Source: a virus. Taken from it: a stretch of 64,000 nucleotides of DNA. The stretch spans positions 1 to 64,000 of IMG/VR virus record IMGVR_UViG_3300042450_000799, one strand, 5' to 3'. The notes beneath the pieces were generated by a model. That model was not told where the DNA came from, did no database searches, and saw only the letters and a list, made by a program, of their open reading frames with translations. Position 1 is the stretch's first letter. Every line of letters starts with the position of its first letter. The position numbers and the translations under genes are program-made. Positions 39,231 through 49,200 of the stretch are shown here, piece after piece.

Positions 39231-42200
39231 TTATGGTGTTGTCGTGGTTGTTGTTGTTGGAACCGCATTCCAAATATCAATAGATTTTTTTACTTTATCC
39301 TCAATGGATGTTAATTGTGTTGACCCCATTCCAGTATAAACATTGTCTGGAAGAATATTGGCACCCATATTTAATATCCAAAATTTAGCAATATCTTTTT
39401 CCGATGAACTAGCAACATTAAACATTCTATTATTCCATCTTTCTAAAAGGAGTTTAATCGTATTAGCTAAATCATCAAATACCGCATAAGGTAACATTGT
39501 TGTTTCAGATTTTAAACAAAAAAACTGTTTATTTGAATTGAACTGTGAGGATGACCCTTCACCCCAAAAATTAGATAAATCAATACCAGCAAAGTTATAT
39601 TCATAAGCTTCTAACCCTGTGGATGTCCCTGATTCTAAATATAAAGCCGCAAATACTGCGTATTTTAGTTTTCCATCGTCTGGAATACCACCAGATGCCA
39701 TTAAATTTTTTATCATCTTTTTAGCCTCAGTAAATGTTACCTTACGATTTGTTGGTGTTATCGCCACATAACCCGAGTATTTTGAATTTGGTACACAAGT
39801 TTGAGGCTCCACTAATTCTTTACCCCCATTAGCATTTGACACAACTTTATCTTTTTGGGAAATCACATTTCCTTTAGCATCTTTAGTTTTTTTAGTTTCT
39901 TTATTTTTCTTAATAATTGTTTGTAGTAGGTTAGTTCTAAGAGACTGTAAGTAAGCATCAACTTTAGGTAAGGCAACAACTGGTTGTCTAACACCTGTTA
40001 TATATGTATCAAAATTCCCCGGAGTGATATAATGATCAACACTTAATATCATATAAGGCCCACTAAACATTGGCACATTTCTCAAATTAAAATACATCGT
40101 TGGTTGCATCATCGCATTTCCCATCATATTTATCTGACAACTATAACTTCTATTTTTATAAAGATTATATAACGAAGTATTTTGAGTACTCTCTTTTCTC
40201 GCACCTCCTGAGTTCGCAAGTTGATTCAACACTTCAAGACCTTCAGCGGTTGCTAACCCAGCACTTTGGTCAACTTGGAAACTTTTAAATATTTGTTGAT
40301 TTTGAGGCCCAATATCAACATTAAACCCGACCACTTTATTTGATAACGCCCAATCTTTTTTACCGACCTGATTTTCCACTAATGGATTATCACTAGCTCT
40401 ACGTAAATCAAACGCATCATTTCTATAACGATAATCAACATTGTTTTTCATTTCTAATTGTCCACTTGGTTTTCCAGCATATAAACAAACTAATTTTGAT
40501 GTCGAATCTCTATAATCAACATCTAAAAATGTACCAAATAATGTATTAGCAAATTCCGCAGTACCTTCTATTTTTGGTGTTGGATTTTTCACAGCGTCTT
40601 GTACGTTATAAAAATTAACATAAGATGGTATATTCATCACAACAAAATGGTTATCTGTTAAAATACTTTGAGCTACCGTTAACATTGACATTTTAGCATT
40701 TGTATTCATTAACCTGTCTTTTAATTGGTAAACATCCACTAAAATTTTATCACCAATATCACGACTTGCCCTATCTAATAGTAACACATCTTCAAATAAT
40801 GTTTTAGTTTTAAAATCATACCCAGAAACCCACTTATCATTTAAAGCCTTGAATGTTTCCCATAATTCAACTTTAGTTTGATCCCCTTCTAAATCAGAAT
40901 CAACTTGACCTTCAGCTCCAATTGTTGTTGTTGGTAACGAGGCTTGTAATTTAGGCATTAAACTATCAATAATCTTATTTTGGAATGAATCGATATCTAA
41001 AAGATAATTAGTCATAGCCTGATAGAAAGCCCCTTTACCTTCATTACTTCCCGGGTTTGGTACTAGTGGGTACTCATCTTGAGGGACAAATACCGTATTT
41101 ACAATATATTGTGGTTGTGTTGGGGTAGTCGCCAATGAACCAAAAACCGCAATAATCGCCTCATCAATTAATGATTGCGTAATACCAGTCGTTGGTGGCC
41201 CACCTAATGGTAACCCTTCATACAATATAATACCCGCACTATTCGATAAGTAAGCAGTTTTTTGAGAACCAACTTTCCTAACCGTAACAGTATCCCCACT
41301 TAAAAGAGATGTTGTGGAAATCACCTGACTTGGTGATGTTATCGGAGCGTCGGGTGGAAGAATTGGGTTACTTTGGAATTGGTTTAATTTTTGGGTTGCA
41401 TATATTTTAATAACTGTTGCGAATAATTTAATATTGTCCACAGTAAAGGCGACATTCAAATCAACAAAGAAATCTGTAATATAAGAACCATTGTCACCAT
41501 AAACTAATTCAGGTATTTCTGAGAATCCAACATATGTATATAAACTTGCCCATTCATTAGGATAGTTTATTTTAGATGTAGCAAATGAAACCCCACCACC
41601 ATTAGTTGGTACAGCATTAGGTGTCATAACCGTATAATCCTCCCATGTGTAAGGATCGACTAATTGTAATGTTGAAAACGTGTAGAATAAACGTTTATCA
41701 TATAACGATGGGTTCCCATATTTAAAAACAACATCATAATTTAAAAATTGTCTTAAAATATTAGTCACATTAGTTGTTTGATAATCTTGGATTTCACCAA
41801 TAACGATTGACCCCGTATCACCTGTTATTTTTGGAACTTTTAATAAACTTCTAAATAACATTTGAAAGTTTTTAAAAGTTTGTTCAGTTTCTGTCCCCGA
41901 ATCTCCAGTTGACCCTGGTGTATAATCATACATAGATCTTGAGAAATTTAAAAATTCCGTTTCAAACCCATCTAATACTTCTTTTTCAAAAACAGATAAT
42001 ACCTCACTCATTTTTGTATAATCACTTGCCACCCCATTAATCGAGAAATTTTCCTGTTGACTTTGTCCTGAAAAAATATGTTTCATATACTCAAATGGTG
42101 ATGGTTTCGTAACCTTTGAATTATCATAGTACCCATAGTTTGGTGCCGACCAAAATAATCTAACAGACCCATCATACATCGCTTGATTAGAATTAACCTC

Positions 42201-45200
42201 AAACTCTAATTTACCGTCCTTAAAACATTCATTTTTTGTTTGATTTAATAGTGATCCTTGGGATGGCATCAAATAAGTGTATTTTGTGTCAGGTGTATCA
42301 ACACTAACCGACCAAGGTATAACCCTTAAATCTCTTAATGGTATCGCTGGGTCAAATCCCTCAGCAAAATCAATAATCGCACTATCGACATAATTAATTG
42401 AAACCCCAGAAGTTATCCCCGATTGTATATCACTATCAGTATATCCCGAGAAAACTTCATATCCTTGACAGAATACGTTAAAGTCATTTATCAATTTAGG
42501 GTAAAACCCTGTATTAATTAATGTTGAAACCTCAGCCCCAATAGTCGTATCTTTTTGTAACACAATATCAATTGGTGCTCCATTAATTATCAAACCGTAA
42601 TTTCTAGAATTGGAACTTGTTACTGGGTCAAAATTAGTCGTATAACTAAACCCCGACCAAGATGTATCTAAAATATCAACATTTTTCTCAACATATGTTT
42701 TATACCTATGCCAAATAGAACCAAATTTCAAAACCCAAGCATATGGCATTTTATGAACAGCCCCAAACTTTTTAAGTGCTGCAAAAACATAATCTAAGTC
42801 GGTCTCGGTTGTACCATCAGATGTTTTAAATTTTTCTCTAAGAGTTGTTAATGGTAAACTATTAATGAAAAGATATGATGATGCGATAAACGGATTTTCA
42901 TCACTGTTTCTAAAATTCTTAATCCCTTGTTGAATTGAATTAATAAAATACGGTGTGTTAAATATTGATGTTGTTTGGGTATCTGTAACACCACCACTAT
43001 AATTAAAATATCTAACATTACCTTCAGTAACCAATTGAGATTTAAAATCCCTACCTTGATACCAAGTTTTTAAATCAGTTGTACTATCCACGTTTGGTGT
43101 TTGCCCCAATAAATAAACAAAATTAGTAATAGGTCGATTACTGTTCGGTATCGTTGGGTTATCAAAACTTGTAATCAATTTAAGATCCGAGTTATATTTT
43201 AAAACTTTTGTAGTATTAAAAGAACTGTTAGCATCCAAAATAGTAGTCCCATTTGCTAAGTATGTCTTATCCCAATCTTTATTAGTAAAGGGAAATAAAT
43301 CAGCCAAATCAAATTTATTTGATGTTGTTGACCCCATAATATATTCTGACATGGCAACCTCATTTGGTAATGAAATTAACGGTTTTGATTCTGAACTGTT
43401 TAAAATATCTGAACTAATAATTTCAAAACCACCAGTTGTAATTATATTCTTAACATACGTAGTGTTAAAAATCCCTCTAATATAATTTTGCCAACTTTCA
43501 CCCACACCACTATTTGAAAACTGTCTTAGAATCGTTGTAAAGTTAGTTGAATTAAACCCATATTCCCTTAATTTTTGAATTATAAAAGGATTATCATTTG
43601 TTAAACTTTTAACAATGTTGTTATTTTCAGAATCCGCAATTAAATTAATAATTTTATCAGCATCCGATACCGAAACATTACTTCTAGAAAGTCTTGAGTA
43701 ATGTGATATTAACATAACCCTTTCATAAATTTCATAAAAGTATTTAACTTCTTCTTTATTCCCATATACCCAATTACCAATTGGGAATTCAATCGCATCT
43801 AAAGAAACTCTTTGAGGTTGGGTTGATTCATTAGTATTAGCCGTAGGATCTGAAGGTGGTAAAGTTCGTTCAGTAAATCCTTTTATAAATTCCTCAACAA
43901 ACTCAACTTCAGGCCAAACATCAAACAAATATCCTTTAGTTCTACTAGATATTTTTGGATCTCCAGGATAAGCAATTTCATATTTTTCTCGACCATTATC
44001 CCCCGAAGTTTCAACGATTAATTGAGGCCATGGATAGACGGGCTCAGTAGAATTTTCACCTGACGAAAGATTATCTGAAGACGCACCAGCGATTTGTTTA
44101 TCAAAAATAACATCTTTTCTATATTTATTGTCTCTTTGTTCCCACGCACTAGTGTGAACATCATCCATTAATCTTAAAAAAGCTTCAGCATTTGCAAAAA
44201 GAACTGCAAGGACATTTCTAATGTTTGGTACAAACCCAATACCACTAGTTTTACTTTGTAATAAAGTAGATAAGGCATTTGTTAAATCAATTTCTATTTG
44301 TTGTGATTTTTCTGTTAATGTTTTAGATAAAGCATCAATTTTATCTGAAAATCTTTTGTCCCCTTCGAACGCATAATAATAAACAATTTTCCTTTCTTTA
44401 CCATCACGGGTAATCGATTTTCCCGAATTAAACGTATTATTCCTATCTAACTCAACCTGTAAGTCAGCCTCAGAGATCAACGGTGTTTTCCCATTGTTTC
44501 GTTCATTAAGAGTTTTCGTTAAATCAATATCGTCAGACGCCACTTCAATTGAAAAATCTTTATAACTAATATCAGAGACTATTTGACAAGGAATTGGTTT
44601 ATTATCAATAGTATAACTACCCCCAGCACCTTTATGTCCATTAGGTCCAAAAGTGTCATTGTCATTTAATAATTTATTCTTTTCTGATATAATGTTATTT
44701 AATTTTGATATTGCTTCATTTTGTAACGTCAGTGTATTAATTTCGGGTTTAAAGGTGTAAATTTGAGTATTACTCCCTTTCAATACGAAATAATTTTTTT
44801 TATCCATGTACGTATTAAACCAAGATGTTTTATAAGCATCAAGAACCTCTTTTCGATATGATTCCAATATCCCTCGATAAGTATCAATATCCGTTAATGG
44901 GTCTAAATTTTGTTTACTAAATGTATCTAAAACATTCTTAATAAAATTTTCAATTCTATTCTGCATTTGGACGAGAGTAATCTCAGGAAAATCATCAGGT
45001 ATTAGACCTTTTGTTTTATATTCACTATACATCTCTCTAACCTTCTGATACCCCCTTTCATAAACAGTATCCTCAACATTTGAGAATTGACTAGCATTAC
45101 CACTCGTTGTTTGTATTTTAACTCTCGATTTATACATGTGAGGAGTCGCCAATAAATATCCCATTGACACCTCACGTAAAACACTATACTTATATGTAAT

Positions 45201-45890
45201 AAATTCTAACGACACATCAAAATTACCTGAACTTGTGTTATATCTTGTGTTAAAACTTTGTAACATTACCGGTAGTCGAACCGCCTTACCATAATACCCT
45301 TTTATTGTTAGATAAAATAATGGATACGGTAAATTGAAGAATGATGCATATGGGGAATTATCCCCACCCTCAAATAATGCCCTCCCTTTTATATCCACCA
45401 TTTGAATTGAAATAGTTGATGTAAAAGAAGTGTTTTGTTTAATCCTTATGTCAGTAATACCTAATAACCCATTATCTGTAGACCCTGGTTTACCCCCTGA
45501 ATTAATAGTTTGTCTAATATAAAAATCTTTATCGTTTTTTGGGTTGGTTACAGATTTTTGGTTTGGTTGATTCACACCCTTTCCCTGAATAGTGTCCTTA
45601 CCAGTAAACTCATCAGTATATTCATTATCTAAAAAGTTTTTACCACCCGGGTTTAAAAAATTCATTGTTGCCACCGAGATAGTCTGAATATTATCATTAC
45701 TAGCAGTACCAACAGATAACTTAGTTCTTGGAATTACTCGACATTCTAAATTAGCATACATAACTAAATCTTCTTGTCTTACGTGTCGTTCTGACGCAAC
45801 CCCATGTTCATCCATAAGTTTATTCGGGTCAACTATTATAATGTTGTTGTAGTCGAGTTCGACCAATATATTCTCAGGTTTATCTGCCAT
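39231..45890 (-). CDS. Giant baseplate hub protein (gp27/gpD-like) with a C-terminal glucosaminidase/lysozyme-like domain
   Basis: MMGNAMMQP..YF.L.....FSGPYMI.SV.H.I....F.T hub motif; AALYLESG...YNFAGI near the C-terminus; follows LysM/gp53-like gene. Confidence 0.65.
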   Translation of the reverse strand: MADKPENILVELDYNNIIIVDPNKLMDEHGVASERHVRQEDLVMYANLECRVIPRTKLSVGTASNDNIQTISVATMNFLNPGGKNFLDNEYTDEFTGKDTIQGKGVNQPNQKSVTNPKNDKDFYIRQTINSGGKPGSTDNGLLGITDIRIKQNTSFTSTISIQMVDIKGRALFEGGDNSPYASFFNLPYPLFYLTIKGYYGKAVRLPVMLQSFNTRYNTSSGNFDVSLEFITYKYSVLREVSMGYLLATPHMYKSRVKIQTTSGNASQFSNVEDTVYERGYQKVREMYSEYKTKGLIPDDFPEITLVQMQNRIENFIKNVLDTFSKQNLDPLTDIDTYRGILESYRKEVLDAYKTSWFNTYMDKKNYFVLKGSNTQIYTFKPEINTLTLQNEAISKLNNIISEKNKLLNDNDTFGPNGHKGAGGSYTIDNKPIPCQIVSDISYKDFSIEVASDDIDLTKTLNERNNGKTPLISEADLQVELDRNNTFNSGKSITRDGKERKIVYYYAFEGDKRFSDKIDALSKTLTEKSQQIEIDLTNALSTLLQSKTSGIGFVPNIRNVLAVLFANAEAFLRLMDDVHTSAWEQRDNKYRKDVIFDKQIAGASSDNLSSGENSTEPVYPWPQLIVETSGDNGREKYEIAYPGDPKISSRTKGYLFDVWPEVEFVEEFIKGFTERTLPPSDPTANTNESTQPQRVSLDAIEFPIGNWVYGNKEEVKYFYEIYERVMLISHYSRLSRSNVSVSDADKIINLIADSENNNIVKSLTNDNPFIIQKLREYGFNSTNFTTILRQFSNSGVGESWQNYIRGIFNTTYVKNIITTGGFEIISSDILNSSESKPLISLPNEVAMSEYIMGSTTSNKFDLADLFPFTNKDWDKTYLANGTTILDANSSFNTTKVLKYNSDLKLITSFDNPTIPNSNRPITNFVYLLGQTPNVDSTTDLKTWYQGRDFKSQLVTEGNVRYFNYSGGVTDTQTTSIFNTPYFINSIQQGIKNFRNSDENPFIASSYLFINSLPLTTLREKFKTSDGTTETDLDYVFAALKKFGAVHKMPYAWVLKFGSIWHRYKTYVEKNVDILDTSWSGFSYTTNFDPVTSSNSRNYGLIINGAPIDIVLQKDTTIGAEVSTLINTGFYPKLINDFNVFCQGYEVFSGYTDSDIQSGITSGVSINYVDSAIIDFAEGFDPAIPLRDLRVIPWSVSVDTPDTKYTYLMPSQGSLLNQTKNECFKDGKLEFEVNSNQAMYDGSVRLFWSAPNYGYYDNSKVTKPSPFEYMKHIFSGQSQQENFSINGVASDYTKMSEVLSVFEKEVLDGFETEFLNFSRSMYDYTPGSTGDSGTETEQTFKNFQMLFRSLLKVPKITGDTGSIVIGEIQDYQTTNVTNILRQFLNYDVVFKYGNPSLYDKRLFYTFSTLQLVDPYTWEDYTVMTPNAVPTNGGGVSFATSKINYPNEWASLYTYVGFSEIPELVYGDNGSYITDFFVDLNVAFTVDNIKLFATVIKIYATQKLNQFQSNPILPPDAPITSPSQVISTTSLLSGDTVTVRKVGSQKTAYLSNSAGIILYEGLPLGGPPTTGITQSLIDEAIIAVFGSLATTPTQPQYIVNTVFVPQDEYPLVPNPGSNEGKGAFYQAMTNYLLDIDSFQNKIIDSLMPKLQASLPTTTIGAEGQVDSDLEGDQTKVELWETFKALNDKWVSGYDFKTKTLFEDVLLLDRASRDIGDKILVDVYQLKDRLMNTNAKMSMLTVAQSILTDNHFVVMNIPSYVNFYNVQDAVKNPTPKIEGTAEFANTLFGTFLDVDYRDSTSKLVCLYAGKPSGQLEMKNNVDYRYRNDAFDLRRASDNPLVENQVGKKDWALSNKVVGFNVDIGPQNQQIFKSFQVDQSAGLATAEGLEVLNQLANSGGARKESTQNTSLYNLYKNRSYSCQINMMGNAMMQPTMYFNLRNVPMFSGPYMILSVDHYITPGNFDTYITGVRQPVVALPKVDAYLQSLRTNLLQTIIKKNKETKKTKDAKGNVISQKDKVVSNANGGKELVEPQTCVPNSKYSGYVAITPTNRKVTFTEAKKMIKNLMASGGIPDDGKLKYAVFAALYLESGTSTGLEAYEYNFAGIDLSNFWGEGSSSQFNSNKQFFCLKSETTMLPYAVFDDLANTIKLLLERWNNRMFNVASSSEKDIAKFWILNMGANILPDNVYTGMGSTQLTSIEDKVKKSIDIWNAVPTTTTTTTP

Positions 45891-46203
45891 AATAGAAGAA
45901 ATGATTGTCTAATTGATTTTTATAGTCCTGTAGAGAAGCTACTAAAGGAAATGGAATTGTCAAGATAGAACCGTCAGGAATATTCCATTCTTGTCCACCA
46001 TATGTTGGATTACCTTGCATAATTAACCACCCAAATGTTGGAGAACCATAATATTGTTGAGAAACCTTATCCATTCTTGATTGCCCAACCTTGTAAATAT
46101 ATCTTTTGTCAGTCGACTTACTAGGTAATGTTATATATGGAACAACTGTTTGTTTTCCATCAAGAATAAAATTACTATATCTGTTATAATTTTGTTTTGC
46201 CAT
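45880..46203 (-). CDS. LysM/TailX (gp53-like) baseplate protein
   Basis: RMDKVSQQYYGSP..GWLIMQGNP...IPDG.ILTIP. Confidence 0.85.
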   Translation of the reverse strand: MAKQNYNRYSNFILDGKQTVVPYITLPSKSTDKRYIYKVGQSRMDKVSQQYYGSPTFGWLIMQGNPTYGGQEWNIPDGSILTIPFPLVASLQDYKNQLDNHFFYYGR

Positions 46204-46205
46204 GA

Positions 46206-49200
46206 TTAATCAAATTTAATTTTTCCATCGAATGTATCTTTTTCTAAAGGTGGTACATTAACTGTCCTATAAAGATTTTGAATATTTGTTTTTTGATCCT
46301 TCTCTGTTGCCGGATCAGCTACTGTTGTGTAATTAAATTTCCTTGTTTTACCTTTAGGGTACATCTTTTTTTCTAAACCATTAGTAAATGAGGTGTATAA
46401 CTTATTAGTTTTAAATTTATCAAATTTTTTCTCTTCTTTTTTAATTTCTTTCGAATATCGTTTCTCAATATCATCAGTTATATCGTCAAATTTTTTCAGT
46501 AATTTAACAGGGTCTTTAACATCAACCAATTCACCTTTAATTACATATTTTTTAAATTCCTCCAATTTATTTTTATCATTAAAAATTCTTGAGATCACTA
46601 AGAAGAATCGTTTGTCCTCAATACTTTTAAAGGATCCTTCATCAATCTCAGTAAAATCCCCTTCCCTATATAATGATGTTTTACTAACGATTCTTTCGGT
46701 ATCTAACAAATCACTAAAATCTTTTAAAGCATCCCTTAAAGAAATGTAATCAAGTCTTAACTCATCATAAGTATCAGTAGGTACCACATTAGGGTTGTTA
46801 CTTAAATCACTAATTGGGTTAGTTCCTTTTATATTATAAACCCTAGGAGTCCCCGCATCTAAAAGTTTACCATCTGTTTTAGAATTAATTAAATTTAATT
46901 TTCGTATATTTTGAACATACGATTGTTGTAAAATAGTTAATTCTTGAGTTATTGTTGTTATTTCCGATGGAAATGTTGATGATAAACTCGTAATATAATC
47001 AATCATATTCTGTTTAACCTCTCTAAGAGTTGAACTACCCTCATCAAATTTTAGTTTTAATTCTGTAATAATTGGATTATTATTATTATCGATATCTTCT
47101 ATCACTTTTTTAAATAACGTTTCAAGTCTTTTTTCAACCCCTTCAGGTTTACCATATATTTCACCCTGAGGTGTAAGTATAACCGTTCCCGCCAAAATAG
47201 TTCCTCCTGTATATTGTCGAGAATCGTTAACTAATTGTTCAATACCATAATTAAAATTCACAGTTAATTTTTCCATTTGATTAACCACCGCTTCAAAATA
47301 TGTTTTAGTATCAGTTAATAAACTATCCATAATTTTTTGATAACTAGTTTCTCCCGTTTGACCATTAGGTACCGGAATATTAGTTACTATCTCACCTATT
47401 GTTGTCCCACCATTATTCGTAGCCGGATTTTTAACATCAGCAACAGTTGCTGGTGTTTGTGACGCCAATATAGCATCAACGACACTTTTATCTAACGCTG
47501 ATGTATCTTCAGTCCAAACAGACCTTTCATCATAAATCTCAGTATTTCCATAATAGTTAAACGATAAAGCGTTTTGTAATTGCTCAACAGGTTTTGCTAA
47601 CCCCATACCACCAATAATATTAAAACTCAATGACACATTTGCAATCATTGGTTGTATACCAATACCCTCAGGGTTTAAGTCAAATATTAAAGGTTCATAA
47701 CCAAACGTTAATGCCGTTGGAATAATTTTACTATTAATAAAATCCCCCAATCTTAATATTAAAACAGGCGGAGCCCCAAATGAGGTGTTAACCGCATCAT
47801 TATATTTTGGTTTACCATCAGTTCCAATTGAAGGAATAGTGTCACCAGGTCTAACACATTGATTTAAGAACGTTAGACGAGCGTTTAAACCTTCAGGTGT
47901 TGTTGAGTGAAACGCTGGGTTAAAGTATTTAATCTTCTCTTTAAAAGAGTCATATACCATTGGGTTTTCTTCTTTAATAACATCAAAATAATCACATTCA
48001 GATAAGATACCTCTTAATATTTTTTTACTAATACCCTCTTTAATTTTCTTAATAGTGTCAACCGTTGGTAAAGGTTTTGGTACGTCGACATTTACTGTCT
48101 TAACCTCCTTAATAACCTCAGGGGTTTTAGTTTCACTTTCACTTTTATCAGGAAGTACAACATCAATTGTTTTAACTCTAACTCGTCTACAAGCCATCGC
48201 ACTAACCGAATATTTTTGTGAATCAGCCGTTACTTTACCATTTTGATCTTTTTGATTAACTCTACAATCAACTTCCGATCCAGTAGTTGTCCCTGATGTC
48301 GATACGGGTGTTGTATCTGACCCTTGTTCAAGGTACGCTTTAGGAATGACAGTCTCCTCACCCGTACCAGGTTCAGTTTTAATAATAAATCTAACATTAC
48401 TTCCTGTCATAAAAGACCCCAATGAGTTTGTTCCATCAGAATAACTTTTAAAGAACTTACTAATAGAATCAATCCTCCTTTCAGACAAAGCTTTATTATA
48501 ATCAACTGATGCAACCGCTGACGCAGAGCCTTCCAATGTAACACTAATCGTTGCTTTAGGATTATCGGTCAATAGTTTAACCGCATCTTTCACAAACCCT
48601 TTACTAAAAACTGTAAAGTTTCCTGTCACAACACGATCAAAGAACTCCTGTACATTCACATCTGAACTACCTGAATTAAACGTACCTTTCGCTTTACTCA
48701 CATATTTTTTAATATTTGACGGACTCGTATATGTATTATAGGTATTTTGATAAGGATCCGTTGTTGTGGTATTAGGACTTTTACCAGGAATATCATTTTC
48801 AAAATAGAATGCAAAATCCAAATATTTATTTTCAAATTCCGCCCCCGAAGTATCCTCAGTTGTCGCAACAACGACATTTGTCTCAGGCCCCGCATCAGCC
48901 CCACTACCTTGTTTTGGTATTGACAGGTTAACACCAGCCAATTCCTCAGGGGTTAATTTAGGGTTATTCAATATTTGTTGATACGTAAATAAATCAGCCG
49001 CAGGTATTGTGTTATATTTTTTAGCCAACTCATAGATATCAAATTTGACACATCCCGCAAAAAACGAATCCATTATTGATGTTATCTTTTCTTTGTTTTG
49101 ACCTTTCAATTGTTTTTCAGCAACAATATTCATCACCGATGGGTGATCAACAATCATTTTCCAAGTTAAAGTACCCGTTCTTGAGGTACTTTTATAAGTG

